From Woeseiaceae bacterium (GTDB lineage: Bacteria > Pseudomonadota > Gammaproteobacteria > Steroidobacterales > Woeseiaceae), in assembly GCA_030066625.1 (NCBI GenBank), contig JASJBG010000005.1, positions 10,731 through 74,730 on the forward strand: a DNA stretch of 64,000 nucleotides. The letters are read 5' to 3'. Of this stretch, positions 19,364 through 28,673 are shown piece after piece. The stretch's first letter is position 1. The number at the start of each line of letters is the position of its first letter. The notes under the pieces were generated by a model. That model was not told the origin of the DNA. It saw only the letters and a list, made by a program, of their open reading frames with translations, and searched no databases. A program made the position numbers and the translations under genes.

Positions 19364-20069
19364 GTCGAATCAAGAAGAAGGTTCAAAAACCGTCCTGGCA
19401 GCCCAGGAGTTGACGAAGCAGGTTAGCAGTCCCGAAGGTACTCTGACCATCCTTTCGGACGTCAGTTTCCAGGTCGGTGCAGGCGAGTCGGTCGCGATCA
19501 TCGGCGCCTCGGGCGCCGGCAAGTCGACGCTGCTGGCGCTGCTGGCGGGCCTCGACCTGCCGACAGAAGGTTATGTCACGCTGAACGGCAACAATCTGGG
19601 CCAGCTGGACGAAGACGGCCGCGCCCGCATCCGCGCGGAAAGCGTCGGCTTCGTGTTCCAGTCCTTTCACCTGGTGCCCTCGCTGAACGCGCTCGAAAAC
19701 GTCATGCTGCCACTCGAGCTCGCCGGCAATGCCGACCCGCGCAAAGCGGCCAGCGCCATTATCGACAAAGTCGGCCTGAAGGACCGCTGGAGCCACTACC
19801 CGGCCCAGCTCTCCGGCGGCGAGAAGCAGCGCGTCGCAATTGCACGCGCGTTCGCGACCGAGCCGGCCGTACTGTTCGCCGACGAGCCGACCGGCAACCT
19901 CGACGCGCGCACCGGCGAGAAGATCATGCAGCTCATGTTCGAGCTCAACCAGAGTTCGTCGACAACGCTCGTATTGGTTACGCATGACAGCGCGCTGGCC
20001 GAGCGCTGCGACCGTGTGATCAGCCTCGATGCAGGCAAACTCGTGAGCGACGAGCGCGCGGCTGCATGA
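19362..20069 (+). CDS. ybbA: ABC transporter ATP-binding protein YbbA
   Basis: Walker A GASGAGKSTLL, signature LSGGEKQRVAIARA, Walker B LFADEPTGNLD. Confidence 0.85.
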   Translation: MSNQEEGSKTVLAAQELTKQVSSPEGTLTILSDVSFQVGAGESVAIIGASGAGKSTLLALLAGLDLPTEGYVTLNGNNLGQLDEDGRARIRAESVGFVFQSFHLVPSLNALENVMLPLELAGNADPRKAASAIIDKVGLKDRWSHYPAQLSGGEKQRVAIARAFATEPAVLFADEPTGNLDARTGEKIMQLMFELNQSSSTTLVLVTHDSALAERCDRVISLDAGKLVSDERAAA

Positions 20070-22561
20070 AGGCGCTGATCTTCTCGCTCAGAAGCTTCGG
20101 CCGCGAGCTGCGCTCCGGCGAAGTCCTCGTCCTGCTTTCCGCGGTCGTCCTCGCCGTCGGCGCGCTGACCGCCGTCGGATTTCTCACTGATCGCATCGGC
20201 AAGGCCGTTGCACGCCAGGCCAACGAAGTACTGGCCGCCGATCTCAGGCTGCGCTCCCAGGAGCCGGTCCCCGACAGCTGGCGCGAACAGGCCTTAAGCT
20301 ACGGGCTCAGAACGGCGAACATGGTCGCGTTCCCGTCGGTCGTCTACGCGGACGAATCGAGTGCGCTGACGACGGTTCTGGCGGTAGGCGACGGCTACCC
20401 GCTGCGCGGCACGGTTCGCATTGCCGACCGACTGTTCGGCGAGGAGCTCGAGGCCAACGGGGTGCCGCGGCCGGGCGAGGTCTGGGCCGACGGCTCGCTG
20501 CTTGCCCGCACCGATGCCAGCGTCGGCGATACGGTCGAAGTCGGCGCCGCGACGCTCAGGGTGTCCGCCGTCGTCACCTACCGGCCGGACCAGTCGATCG
20601 GTTTCGCGTCGCTTGCGCCAACACTGCTCATGAATGAAGCCGATCTCGCGGCGACCGACCTTATCGGTGTCGGCAGCCGGGTTCGCTATTCGCTGCTGGT
20701 CGCCGGCAACGACGAGGCAGTCGCAGAATTCAACGCCGCTATTGAGGACGAACTGCCGGATTCTTTGCGGCTGCGATCCGCCGAGGAGTCCAGCGAGCGA
20801 GCGTTTGCCGCGGCCGACCGGGCGCAGCGATTCCTGTCGCTCACTGCCGTCATCAGCCTGTTGCTGAGCGCGGTCGCCATTGCGATGTCGGCGCGCCGCT
20901 TCGCGCAGCGGCGTATGGACACCGTCGCCCTGATGAAGAGCCTCGGCGCGACCCAGTCCTTCGTTATCACCGTCGCGATGATCCAGCTCGTGATGGTGGG
21001 TGTGATCGGCGTAGCAATCGGTAGCGTCATCGGCTTCGCTGCGGAAACCACGCTCAGCTGGCTGCTGGCCGACATCATTGCCGGCGACCTGCCCGACCCG
21101 GGATTCACGCCGGTCGTGTTGGCGAGCGGCAGCGCCCTGGTACTGCTGGTCGGCTTTGCTCTGCCCTCGCTGATCCAGCTCAGGAACACACCGCCGCTGC
21201 GCGTGCTGCGGCACGATGCGATGCCGCCGGCGCCGTCGCGGCTGCTGGTCGCGGGCCTCGCGCTCGCAGCCGTGGCCGCGCTGCTGTATCGCTCGGTCGG
21301 TGATGCGAGGATGCTGGTCATCGTGCTCGGCGGCATCATTGCAATTGCCGGGGCGCTGTACGCTGTCGGCCGTGGGCTGGTCGGCACGATGGGCCGCTTC
21401 CGCTCCGGCGTCGGCGTAGCCTGGCGCTACGGACTCGCGAACGTCGCGCGCCGCGGCCGCGCGAGTGCGGTGCAGGTCGTCGCGTTCGGCCTGGGCCTTA
21501 CGGTGCTGCTGCTGCTGACGCTGGTACGCACCGATCTTCTCGAAGGCTGGCGGCAGACGCTGGATGAGAACGCGCCGAACCAGTTCCTGATCAACATCCA
21601 GCCGCACGAGACCGAGTCGGTTGCCGGTATTTTCGAGGCCCGCGAGATCTTGCCCCCCGATTTCTCGCCGCTAGTCCGCGCACGCATGATCGAGATCAAC
21701 GGCACTGGCGTGAAAGAACGGTCGTATCCGGATCCGGGCGGCGAGTGGTTCGCCAACCGCGAGCAGAACCTGTCCTTCGCCTCAACCCTGAGTGACAGCA
21801 ACGAGATACTCGAAGGCGAATGGTGGCCCGAGGACTATTCGGGGCCGCCACTCGTGTCGATCGAGGAGGAAGCCGCGATGGAAACCGGGCTCGGCCTCGG
21901 CGACGTTCTGCGTTTTGAGGTTGCGGGACAAACGGTCGAGGCGACGATCGCGAGCGTGCGCACCATCAACTGGGATTCGTTCCAGCCGAACTTCTTCCTC
22001 GTATTCTCACCCGGCGCGCTTGCGGATTTCCCGACGACCTACATCGCCAGCATGCGCGTCGAACAGCACGAACGCCCGGCGCTGGTCGAACTCGTGCGCA
22101 AGCACCCGACGATCTCGGTGATCGACCTCGATTCGATCCTGCGCCAGGTGCGCGGCATCATCGAGAAAGCGAGCCTCGCCGTGCAGGCCGTGTTCTTCTT
22201 CACGCTGGCCGCCGGCATCGCGGTGCTGTTCGCGGCCGTGCAGTCGACGATCGACGAGCGCCGTTTCGAGAGCGCAATGCTGCGCGCGCTTGGTGCGAAA
22301 AAGCGCATCGTGTTCTCGGGCGTCATGGCGGAGTTTGCGGCATTGGGCGCGGCCGCGGGGCTGCTGGCGTCCGCGGGCGCATCCGTGCTTGCCGCTATTG
22401 TTGCTATCGAACTGTTCAACCTGCCGTACAGCTTCAACCCGATGCTGTGGGTCGTCGGAATGGCGGCGGGCATAGTCGTCGTCTGCGCCAGTGGTTTCTT
22501 CGCTGCGCGCAGCGCCATCAATTCGGCGCCGGTGGACATACTACGCGGCGCGGGCGCCTGA
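20066..22561 (+). CDS. ybbP: ABC transporter permease YbbP (double FtsX-domain)
   Basis: 831 aa with two FtsX-type 4-TM modules. ATGA overlap with ybbA. Confidence 0.85.
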   Translation: MKALIFSLRSFGRELRSGEVLVLLSAVVLAVGALTAVGFLTDRIGKAVARQANEVLAADLRLRSQEPVPDSWREQALSYGLRTANMVAFPSVVYADESSALTTVLAVGDGYPLRGTVRIADRLFGEELEANGVPRPGEVWADGSLLARTDASVGDTVEVGAATLRVSAVVTYRPDQSIGFASLAPTLLMNEADLAATDLIGVGSRVRYSLLVAGNDEAVAEFNAAIEDELPDSLRLRSAEESSERAFAAADRAQRFLSLTAVISLLLSAVAIAMSARRFAQRRMDTVALMKSLGATQSFVITVAMIQLVMVGVIGVAIGSVIGFAAETTLSWLLADIIAGDLPDPGFTPVVLASGSALVLLVGFALPSLIQLRNTPPLRVLRHDAMPPAPSRLLVAGLALAAVAALLYRSVGDARMLVIVLGGIIAIAGALYAVGRGLVGTMGRFRSGVGVAWRYGLANVARRGRASAVQVVAFGLGLTVLLLLTLVRTDLLEGWRQTLDENAPNQFLINIQPHETESVAGIFEAREILPPDFSPLVRARMIEINGTGVKERSYPDPGGEWFANREQNLSFASTLSDSNEILEGEWWPEDYSGPPLVSIEEEAAMETGLGLGDVLRFEVAGQTVEATIASVRTINWDSFQPNFFLVFSPGALADFPTTYIASMRVEQHERPALVELVRKHPTISVIDLDSILRQVRGIIEKASLAVQAVFFFTLAAGIAVLFAAVQSTIDERRFESAMLRALGAKKRIVFSGVMAEFAALGAAAGLLASAGASVLAAIVAIELFNLPYSFNPMLWVVGMAAGIVVVCASGFFAARSAINSAPVDILRGAGA

Positions 22562-22585
22562 GCCCGGCACGGTGATCGAGTAGCC

Positions 22586-23002
22586 GTGAGCGAGGAGAAG
22601 CTATCCTGCGGCATCGTACTCGCAAGGACGACCGAATCCGGTTACGTTACGCTCATGTTGCGCGCCTGGCACCACTGGGATTTTCCCAAGGGGCTGCTGG
22701 AAGAAGGCGAGGAGCCCATCGAGACGGCCATTCGTGAGCTGCGCGAGGAAACCAGCATCGACACGACCTCCTTCGAGTGGGGCGAACGATTCCTGGAGAC
22801 CGGTCCGTACAGCCGCGGCAAGGTTGCCCGCTACTTTCTGGCCGCGACCGAGCAGTCCGACGTCGTCATGGGCCCGTCGCCGGACACGGGCGAGCCGGAG
22901 CATCACGAGTGGCGCTGGGTGAGTTTCGATGAAGCGTACGACCTTTCGTCGCCGCGTGTGCGCGAGGTCGTGCAATGGGCGAGGCAGATAATAGGCACCT
23001 GA
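22586..23002 (+). CDS. NUDIX hydrolase
   Basis: Nudix box GLLEEGEEPIETAIRELREETSI. GTG start. Confidence 0.85.
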   Translation: MSEEKLSCGIVLARTTESGYVTLMLRAWHHWDFPKGLLEEGEEPIETAIRELREETSIDTTSFEWGERFLETGPYSRGKVARYFLAATEQSDVVMGPSPDTGEPEHHEWRWVSFDEAYDLSSPRVREVVQWARQIIGT

Positions 23003-23004
23003 AT

Positions 23005-24546
23005 ATGAAGTATCGTCACATCGCACTCGCGGCCGCGCTGATAGTCACCAGCGGCTGCGCGAGCATCGACTTCGACTATCCGCGCAGTGAGTCCTACGCA
23101 CTCACCGATACCGACGACACCTACCTCGGCAAGGAGATCGCCGAGGCCGACGTCAACTACCCGCCCGACCATTCCGGTTTTCATCCGCTGAGCGATGGCG
23201 TCGACGCGCTTGCGGCACGCATTCTGCTGGCCCAGCGCGCCGAAAAGTCGATCGACGCGCAGTACTACCTGATCAAGAACGACATCGTCGGCCGAGCGTT
23301 CATCCTGTCGCTGCTGCAGGCGGCCGACCGCGGCGTGCGAGTCCGCCTGCTGCTGGACGACATGTTTACGTCCGGCTACGACGTCGGCATGGCGGCGCTG
23401 CACTCGCACCCGAACTTCGAAATCCGCATCTACAACCCGTTCAATCGCGGCGCGGCCGGCAAGGTTGGGTCGGCGCTCACGAGTTTTGGCCGCATCAACC
23501 GCCGCATGCACAACAAGTCGTTCACCGTGGACAACAAGATGACGCTGATCGGCGGGCGCAACATCGCCGATGAGTACTTCGGTGCGCGTGAGGACAAGGC
23601 TTTCGGCGATCTCGATGTGCTCACTGTTGGCCCGATCGTCCAGGAAGTCTCGGCTATGTTCGATCTTTACTGGAATCACGAGACGGCATTGCCGGCGCCG
23701 GCCTTCGTTAAAGAGCTCGATGACCCCGAGGCCGAGCTCGACGCGCTCCGGCGAAGACTCGAGGCAGTAACAGAGGAGATTCTCGAGTCGAAGTACGCTC
23801 ATGCTGTACGTGACAAGGTCTACGCGTACATGGCCGAAGATGAAACGATCTTCAGCTGGGCGCGTTACAAACTGGTTTACGATTCCCCGGACAAGGGCAT
23901 CAAGGGCAAAGCGACTGAAGACAGCCTGATCACGGCGCCGCTGATCGAGTCGCTGGCGAGCGCGGAAGAGGAGATCATCATCGTCTCGCCCTACTTCGTC
24001 CCGCTGAAGACCGGGATAGAGGGCCTGTCCGAGCTCGAGGAGCGAGGAATTGAAGTTGCGATCATCACGAACTCCCTGGCCGCCAACAATCAGTTTACGG
24101 TTCACGCGGGCTACAAGCCCTCACGCAAGCCACTGCTCGAGAACGGCGTATCTATCCTCGAAGTGCGCCCGGATGCAACCGTTGCCGGAACCCAGTTCGT
24201 CGACGCGAGCGGCGCGACCGCGACGCTGCACACGAAGGCCTTTCTCGTCGACCGCGAGCAGGTATTCATCGGCTCGTTCAATTTCGACCCGCGCTCGGCC
24301 AATCTCAACACCGAGCTCGGAGTGATCATCTACGACCCGGAACTCGGCGAGTTTTTTGCTAACGAGCTGGAAAGCAAGTACCGGGAGTTCGCCTACCAGG
24401 TATTCCTCAACGAAGACGGCAAGGTGCGCTGGCGCGGCTGGGACGGGGATGAAGAGGTGATCTACACGAAGGAGCCGAATACGACCGGTTGGGACCGATT
24501 CAAGGTCGGCTTCATCGGAATCTTCCCGATCAAGAAACAGCTATAA
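23005..24546 (+). CDS. Phospholipase D family lipoprotein (two HKD motifs)
   Basis: Lipobox VTSGC. HNKSFTVDNKMTLIGGRN and HTKAFLVDREQVFIGSFNFDPRS. Start moved to MKYRHIALAA (23005). Confidence 0.85.
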   Translation: MKYRHIALAAALIVTSGCASIDFDYPRSESYALTDTDDTYLGKEIAEADVNYPPDHSGFHPLSDGVDALAARILLAQRAEKSIDAQYYLIKNDIVGRAFILSLLQAADRGVRVRLLLDDMFTSGYDVGMAALHSHPNFEIRIYNPFNRGAAGKVGSALTSFGRINRRMHNKSFTVDNKMTLIGGRNIADEYFGAREDKAFGDLDVLTVGPIVQEVSAMFDLYWNHETALPAPAFVKELDDPEAELDALRRRLEAVTEEILESKYAHAVRDKVYAYMAEDETIFSWARYKLVYDSPDKGIKGKATEDSLITAPLIESLASAEEEIIIVSPYFVPLKTGIEGLSELEERGIEVAIITNSLAANNQFTVHAGYKPSRKPLLENGVSILEVRPDATVAGTQFVDASGATATLHTKAFLVDREQVFIGSFNFDPRSANLNTELGVIIYDPELGEFFANELESKYREFAYQVFLNEDGKVRWRGWDGDEEVIYTKEPNTTGWDRFKVGFIGIFPIKKQL

Positions 24547-24551
24547 GCGGC

Positions 24552-26237
24552 CTACGAACCCGGCGCCCGCATGTGCACGGTGCGCTGCGGGAATGGGATC
24601 GTTATTCCTTCTTCATCGAAGCGCTTCTTGACCAGTTCGGTCAGATCCCAGTAGGTATTCCAGTAGTCGTCGGTCTTCACCCAGGGCCTCAGGATCAGGT
24701 TCACTGACGATTCGCCGAGCTCGTGGACTCGAATGTTCGGCGGCGGGTCGTCGAGGATCGCCGGGTATTCGCGGGCGACGTCGGCGAGTATCTGTTTAGC
24801 TTTGTCTATGTCGTCGCCGTAGGCGATGCTGAACATCAGGTCGACCCGCCGCGTGCGCTGTGCGGTGAGGTTGACGATCACGTCCTGCCAGATCTTGTTG
24901 TTCGGCACGACGAGCACCTGGTTATCGAGCGTCTTGAACGTCGTGTTGACGAGGCTCATCGCGTCGACGCGGCCGCTGACGCCGCCGGCCTCGACGAAGT
25001 CACCGACGTCGAATGGCCGGTACAGCAGGATCATCAGCCCGGACGCAAAGTTGGATAGCGAGTCCTGCAGCGCAAAGCCGATGATGAAGCCGACGATGCC
25101 GAGACCGGCCAGCAGCGGCCCGAGCGAGATACCGAGCTGGGACAGGCCGATCAACAGGCCTAGGAACAGCACGATGTTGCTGATCGTCGAGACGATCATG
25201 CGCTTCAGCAGGTGTGACATTCTGACCCGTGACGACGTTAGCGCACGCGTCGCCAGTCTCTTGGCCAGCCGGCCGAGCCGGATCGATACAAACACGATCA
25301 GGACAAAGATGAGCACGCGCAAGGCGAACTTCGGTCCCTGCGTGCGAGCGGCATCGTAGACCGACGCCGACCAATCAGCGAGCAGGCCGCGAACAACGCC
25401 GACGTCGAGGACGTCCGTGGTGAGCTCGCCGGTCGCCCTCAGGATCTGCGCGCGGTAGGTGCTGGTATCGAGATCCATCGCGTTCATGAGCCGGACGATG
25501 TCCTGCAGCGTCTCCGAGGCGATGACAACTCGCGCCTCCGCCGCCAGCAGCCGCTGCGGCAGATCGGGGTCCTTCGGAAGCGTGGAAACGGCATTGCGAG
25601 CGACGCCTACCCGGTCGATCGACAGCTGCAGGTAGGCCGAGCGATTGGCGGCCGAATCCGGCAGCCGCTCGAGCAGGAACTCGACCTGTTCCGAAGCGTC
25701 GATCTGCATCGACTCGGCGATCTGTGTGTAGGTGACGAGCGACTGCAGGATTGCGTCACTTCGCTGTACGGCAGCCAGCAGCTGCTGGTCGAGCAGCACC
25801 AGTTCGGCCGGCGCCTTGTCCTCGGTCGCGAATACGGCCTTCTCGCCGATCCTGTCCATGGCCGCAATCGCCCGACTCGGGAATTCAGCCAGATCGCTCG
25901 CGAGCGTAGCGACAATGCCGGCGACGTCGTAACCGGCGTCCCGCTGTGCCGCAACGTCGCGCGCCAGCTTCAGTGAGTTGTCGAACATCGCTGCCCATAC
26001 CGTGTCCATGCGCGACTCGAAGACGTCGATGAGTACCGCGGCGAATGCCTCGTCGAAACCCTCGAGCCGGGTCTCGAGGTCGTCGATGGCGGCACGCTGT
26101 TGCTCGATCGTCGCGAGCTGGGCCTCGAAATCTGCCGCCACTTCCGGCGGCAGTGGTTGGGGAGCCTCGGGGGCGGGCTCCTGACCCGCTGCCGTTCCGA
26201 TGAACAGCAGCATGGTGAACAGGATGACCGGGCGCAT
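24552..26237 (-). CDS. Mechanosensitive ion channel (MscS family) with large periplasmic N-domain
   Basis: Signal peptide and TM helices, then ...LYRPFDVGDFVEAGGVSGRVDAMSLVNTTFKTLDNQVLVVPNNKIW (MscS beta-domain). Confidence 0.85.
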   Translation of the reverse strand: MRPVILFTMLLFIGTAAGQEPAPEAPQPLPPEVAADFEAQLATIEQQRAAIDDLETRLEGFDEAFAAVLIDVFESRMDTVWAAMFDNSLKLARDVAAQRDAGYDVAGIVATLASDLAEFPSRAIAAMDRIGEKAVFATEDKAPAELVLLDQQLLAAVQRSDAILQSLVTYTQIAESMQIDASEQVEFLLERLPDSAANRSAYLQLSIDRVGVARNAVSTLPKDPDLPQRLLAAEARVVIASETLQDIVRLMNAMDLDTSTYRAQILRATGELTTDVLDVGVVRGLLADWSASVYDAARTQGPKFALRVLIFVLIVFVSIRLGRLAKRLATRALTSSRVRMSHLLKRMIVSTISNIVLFLGLLIGLSQLGISLGPLLAGLGIVGFIIGFALQDSLSNFASGLMILLYRPFDVGDFVEAGGVSGRVDAMSLVNTTFKTLDNQVLVVPNNKIWQDVIVNLTAQRTRRVDLMFSIAYGDDIDKAKQILADVAREYPAILDDPPPNIRVHELGESSVNLILRPWVKTDDYWNTYWDLTELVKKRFDEEGITIPFPQRTVHMRAPGS

Positions 26238-26263
26238 CTGGAATCCGGGCGGCGTCTGCTTCC

Positions 26264-26857
26264 CTACTTCTCGGGTGTCACCGGCACTCCGCTGCCGGCC
26301 TCGAACGGATACAGTGCGAAGAACTTCGGCACGCCTTCATTGACGCGTTCTTCCAGCTCTTCGATTGCTTTCTGGCTAACGCGACCGACGCCGACCGCTT
26401 CCCAGACGAGTTTCTTCTGGCGAGCGTCGACGAGGTCAATATTGAAGGTCCCTTCCGTGTACTGCGAAACGTGGGTCTCGGTCGCGTAGCCGTAACCCAT
26501 CCACGGATCGTAGAAGCCACCGCGATAGCCGTAGTAGCCCCTGCCCATCGACGGCGCCGGGGTCGTACGTACGTCCGTCTTCTCCTGCAGGATCGCATTA
26601 AAGTTGACGAGCAGGTCGGGATCGTCGGACTTGGTGTAGCCGCGCATTTCCATCTCCTTCGAGATGGCGGCGACCATGTACTGGGAGAAGAAGCTCTGGT
26701 AGTTAGTTGCTTCCGGGCCGGCATCCGCGAAGAAGTTGTAGGTCTCGTACTGGCTGAAATCCGCCGTGGGGTCGTAGTCCGAGCGCAGGTTGCCGCTCGA
26801 GCAGCCTGTCGCCATCGCGGTGATAACCAGCAGGCCGAGGATTCGGATGATTCGCAT
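26264..26857 (-). CDS. DUF4136-type lipoprotein
   Basis: Lipobox MATGC, DYDPTADFSQYETYNF start and Gly/Tyr-rich middle, typical of DUF4136. Confidence 0.75.
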   Translation of the reverse strand: MRIIRILGLLVITAMATGCSSGNLRSDYDPTADFSQYETYNFFADAGPEATNYQSFFSQYMVAAISKEMEMRGYTKSDDPDLLVNFNAILQEKTDVRTTPAPSMGRGYYGYRGGFYDPWMGYGYATETHVSQYTEGTFNIDLVDARQKKLVWEAVGVGRVSQKAIEELEERVNEGVPKFFALYPFEAGSGVPVTPEK

Positions 26858-26875
26858 ATCTGAGCTCCGCAGGGT

Positions 26876-28507
26876 TTATTCGAGTATCAGGAGGACGCGG
26901 CCCATGACGCCCTGGACGTCGCCTGAAAGGCCGTCTTTGTCGTTGCTTATGAACCGGTAGTTCAAGTTTACATTGAATACGGGTGTCAGCCACCAGTTGG
27001 CACCCAGCGACAGGATGTCGATCTCGCCGCCGTCGACGAGTCCGTCGGTTAGATCCAGGCTCGAGTAGCGGGCGCTGAGTTCGACCGCGCCCCAGCCGTC
27101 CTGGTGAACGGTACGCGCGATGGGCACCGGTCCGAAAATGCCGCTCTGGTAGCGGTACTCGCGCATCTCGCCCGTGAGGATCCATGAGCCCGTGACGTGG
27201 TAGCCACGGAAGCCGGGGTCGCCTACGGTTGGCGCATCCAGGTCCGCGCGGACGTACTCTCCGTGCAGCCAATACGGGCCGCGGCGCCAGCTGGCCTCGA
27301 GATTCCACGTGCTGCTGTCGCTGGTATCCAGCAGGCCGGTGTCGACGAAGTTCGGGCTCTTGTTGAACTCGGGCTCAGTAACGAAGCGCGTGCCCTGTTT
27401 GGCGTTGGAGAAGCGGGCGCCGGCCCCGAGGTGGACCAGGTTGCTGTCGTCGGCCGACGCAAACGGGACCCACGTAACCCGGCCGATGAGCTGCGTCGCC
27501 GTATTGCCGATCGACTGTTCGGCGTCGATGAAGTTGTTGAAGACGCCGCCGGCCCAGCTCATCTTGTTACCGAGCGCATTGCCGGAGACGACCGCGCCGA
27601 AGTTGCGGGACGGCAGCAGCGCATCCGACACCGTGGTGCGTTCCTGCATTGGCAGCTGTACCAGGGACATGACGCGCTCCATCGAGATCGGCTCCTTCTG
27701 TTTACCGACGCTCAGGTTGATGCCGTCCGTGAGCGGTATGTCCAGGCGATAGTCGAACCAGGTGAAGTCGTCCTGGTCGTCGATCTCGAAGCCCTTGTCG
27801 AAAGCATTGGTGGCGCCGAATACGGTGTAGACCCATGGCCGCTCGAAATAGTCGAGCGTGCCAATGACGCCCACGCGGAAGCCACGGATCTCGCCGCCCT
27901 CGAACTCCTCGAGGTCGCCGACCTGCTGCTCGCTGGCCGAGTTCTGCGACGGCCAGTGCTGGCGGTCCAGCACGACCGCGGCAGTGAACAGGCCGGTCGT
28001 GTTCTCGGTTTGCCACTGGTTGAACTTGTCCGGATCGCCGTAGTTGGTCGGTACGGCCAGCGGCGGCGGCGTATATGCGAGCCAGCGGGGGAGGTCCGGT
28101 TCCTCGGCGGGCGCCTCAATGGCATCCGTCTCGAATCCAAGATTGAAGCGGCGGAGTTCGCCGTCATTGATCGCGAATACGGTATGCGAGTCGGTATCGA
28201 GCAGAATCTCGAAGTCTGTCGTCGGATCGCCGTCGAGGATGATGAAGCTCGGCGTCTCGCCGAGCGCGAGCTGGCCGACGAGGTAGCCGCCGGCGGCATC
28301 GACCGCGATGACGCCCTCCGGCGCCGGGATCCGCTCCCGGGACAGCAGCTCGAGCTTGTTGTCGCGGATCAGGATATTGACGGCGCCGACGCCCTCGGCC
28401 TCGGCGGCCACGATGTTGACGTTGTCGATCAGTACGTTCTGCGGATCGACGAACTGGGCCAGTGCGAAGCCAGGAGACAAGAAAAGCAACGGTAGAAGGT
28501 TCTTCAT
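26876..28507 (-). CDS. OprO/OprP-family (Porin_O_P) outer-membrane porin with a roughly 125-aa N-terminal amidohydrolase-sandwich-like domain
   Basis: Start at MKNLLPLLFLSPGFALAQ (ATG 28507). The C-terminal 400 aa form an alternating beta-strand barrel ending GANWWLTPVFNVNLNYRFISND...GRVLLILE. The N-domain is described in findings. Confidence 0.7.
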   Translation of the reverse strand: MKNLLPLLFLSPGFALAQFVDPQNVLIDNVNIVAAEAEGVGAVNILIRDNKLELLSRERIPAPEGVIAVDAAGGYLVGQLALGETPSFIILDGDPTTDFEILLDTDSHTVFAINDGELRRFNLGFETDAIEAPAEEPDLPRWLAYTPPPLAVPTNYGDPDKFNQWQTENTTGLFTAAVVLDRQHWPSQNSASEQQVGDLEEFEGGEIRGFRVGVIGTLDYFERPWVYTVFGATNAFDKGFEIDDQDDFTWFDYRLDIPLTDGINLSVGKQKEPISMERVMSLVQLPMQERTTVSDALLPSRNFGAVVSGNALGNKMSWAGGVFNNFIDAEQSIGNTATQLIGRVTWVPFASADDSNLVHLGAGARFSNAKQGTRFVTEPEFNKSPNFVDTGLLDTSDSSTWNLEASWRRGPYWLHGEYVRADLDAPTVGDPGFRGYHVTGSWILTGEMREYRYQSGIFGPVPIARTVHQDGWGAVELSARYSSLDLTDGLVDGGEIDILSLGANWWLTPVFNVNLNYRFISNDKDGLSGDVQGVMGRVLLILE

Positions 28508-28673
28508 AGTGGAGTTCCAGTTGGCGGTGCTGAGCGCGTCTCGAAAGCGCCATGGACAGGCGCAATAACCTGTTTCTTGCACATACTGATCGTCTACACT
28601 TTGATCGACAGGCTGCATAAATCGCAAAGCGTAATAATGATATCGGCTTCGTTGATCGGCGTCAGAGAATGAT

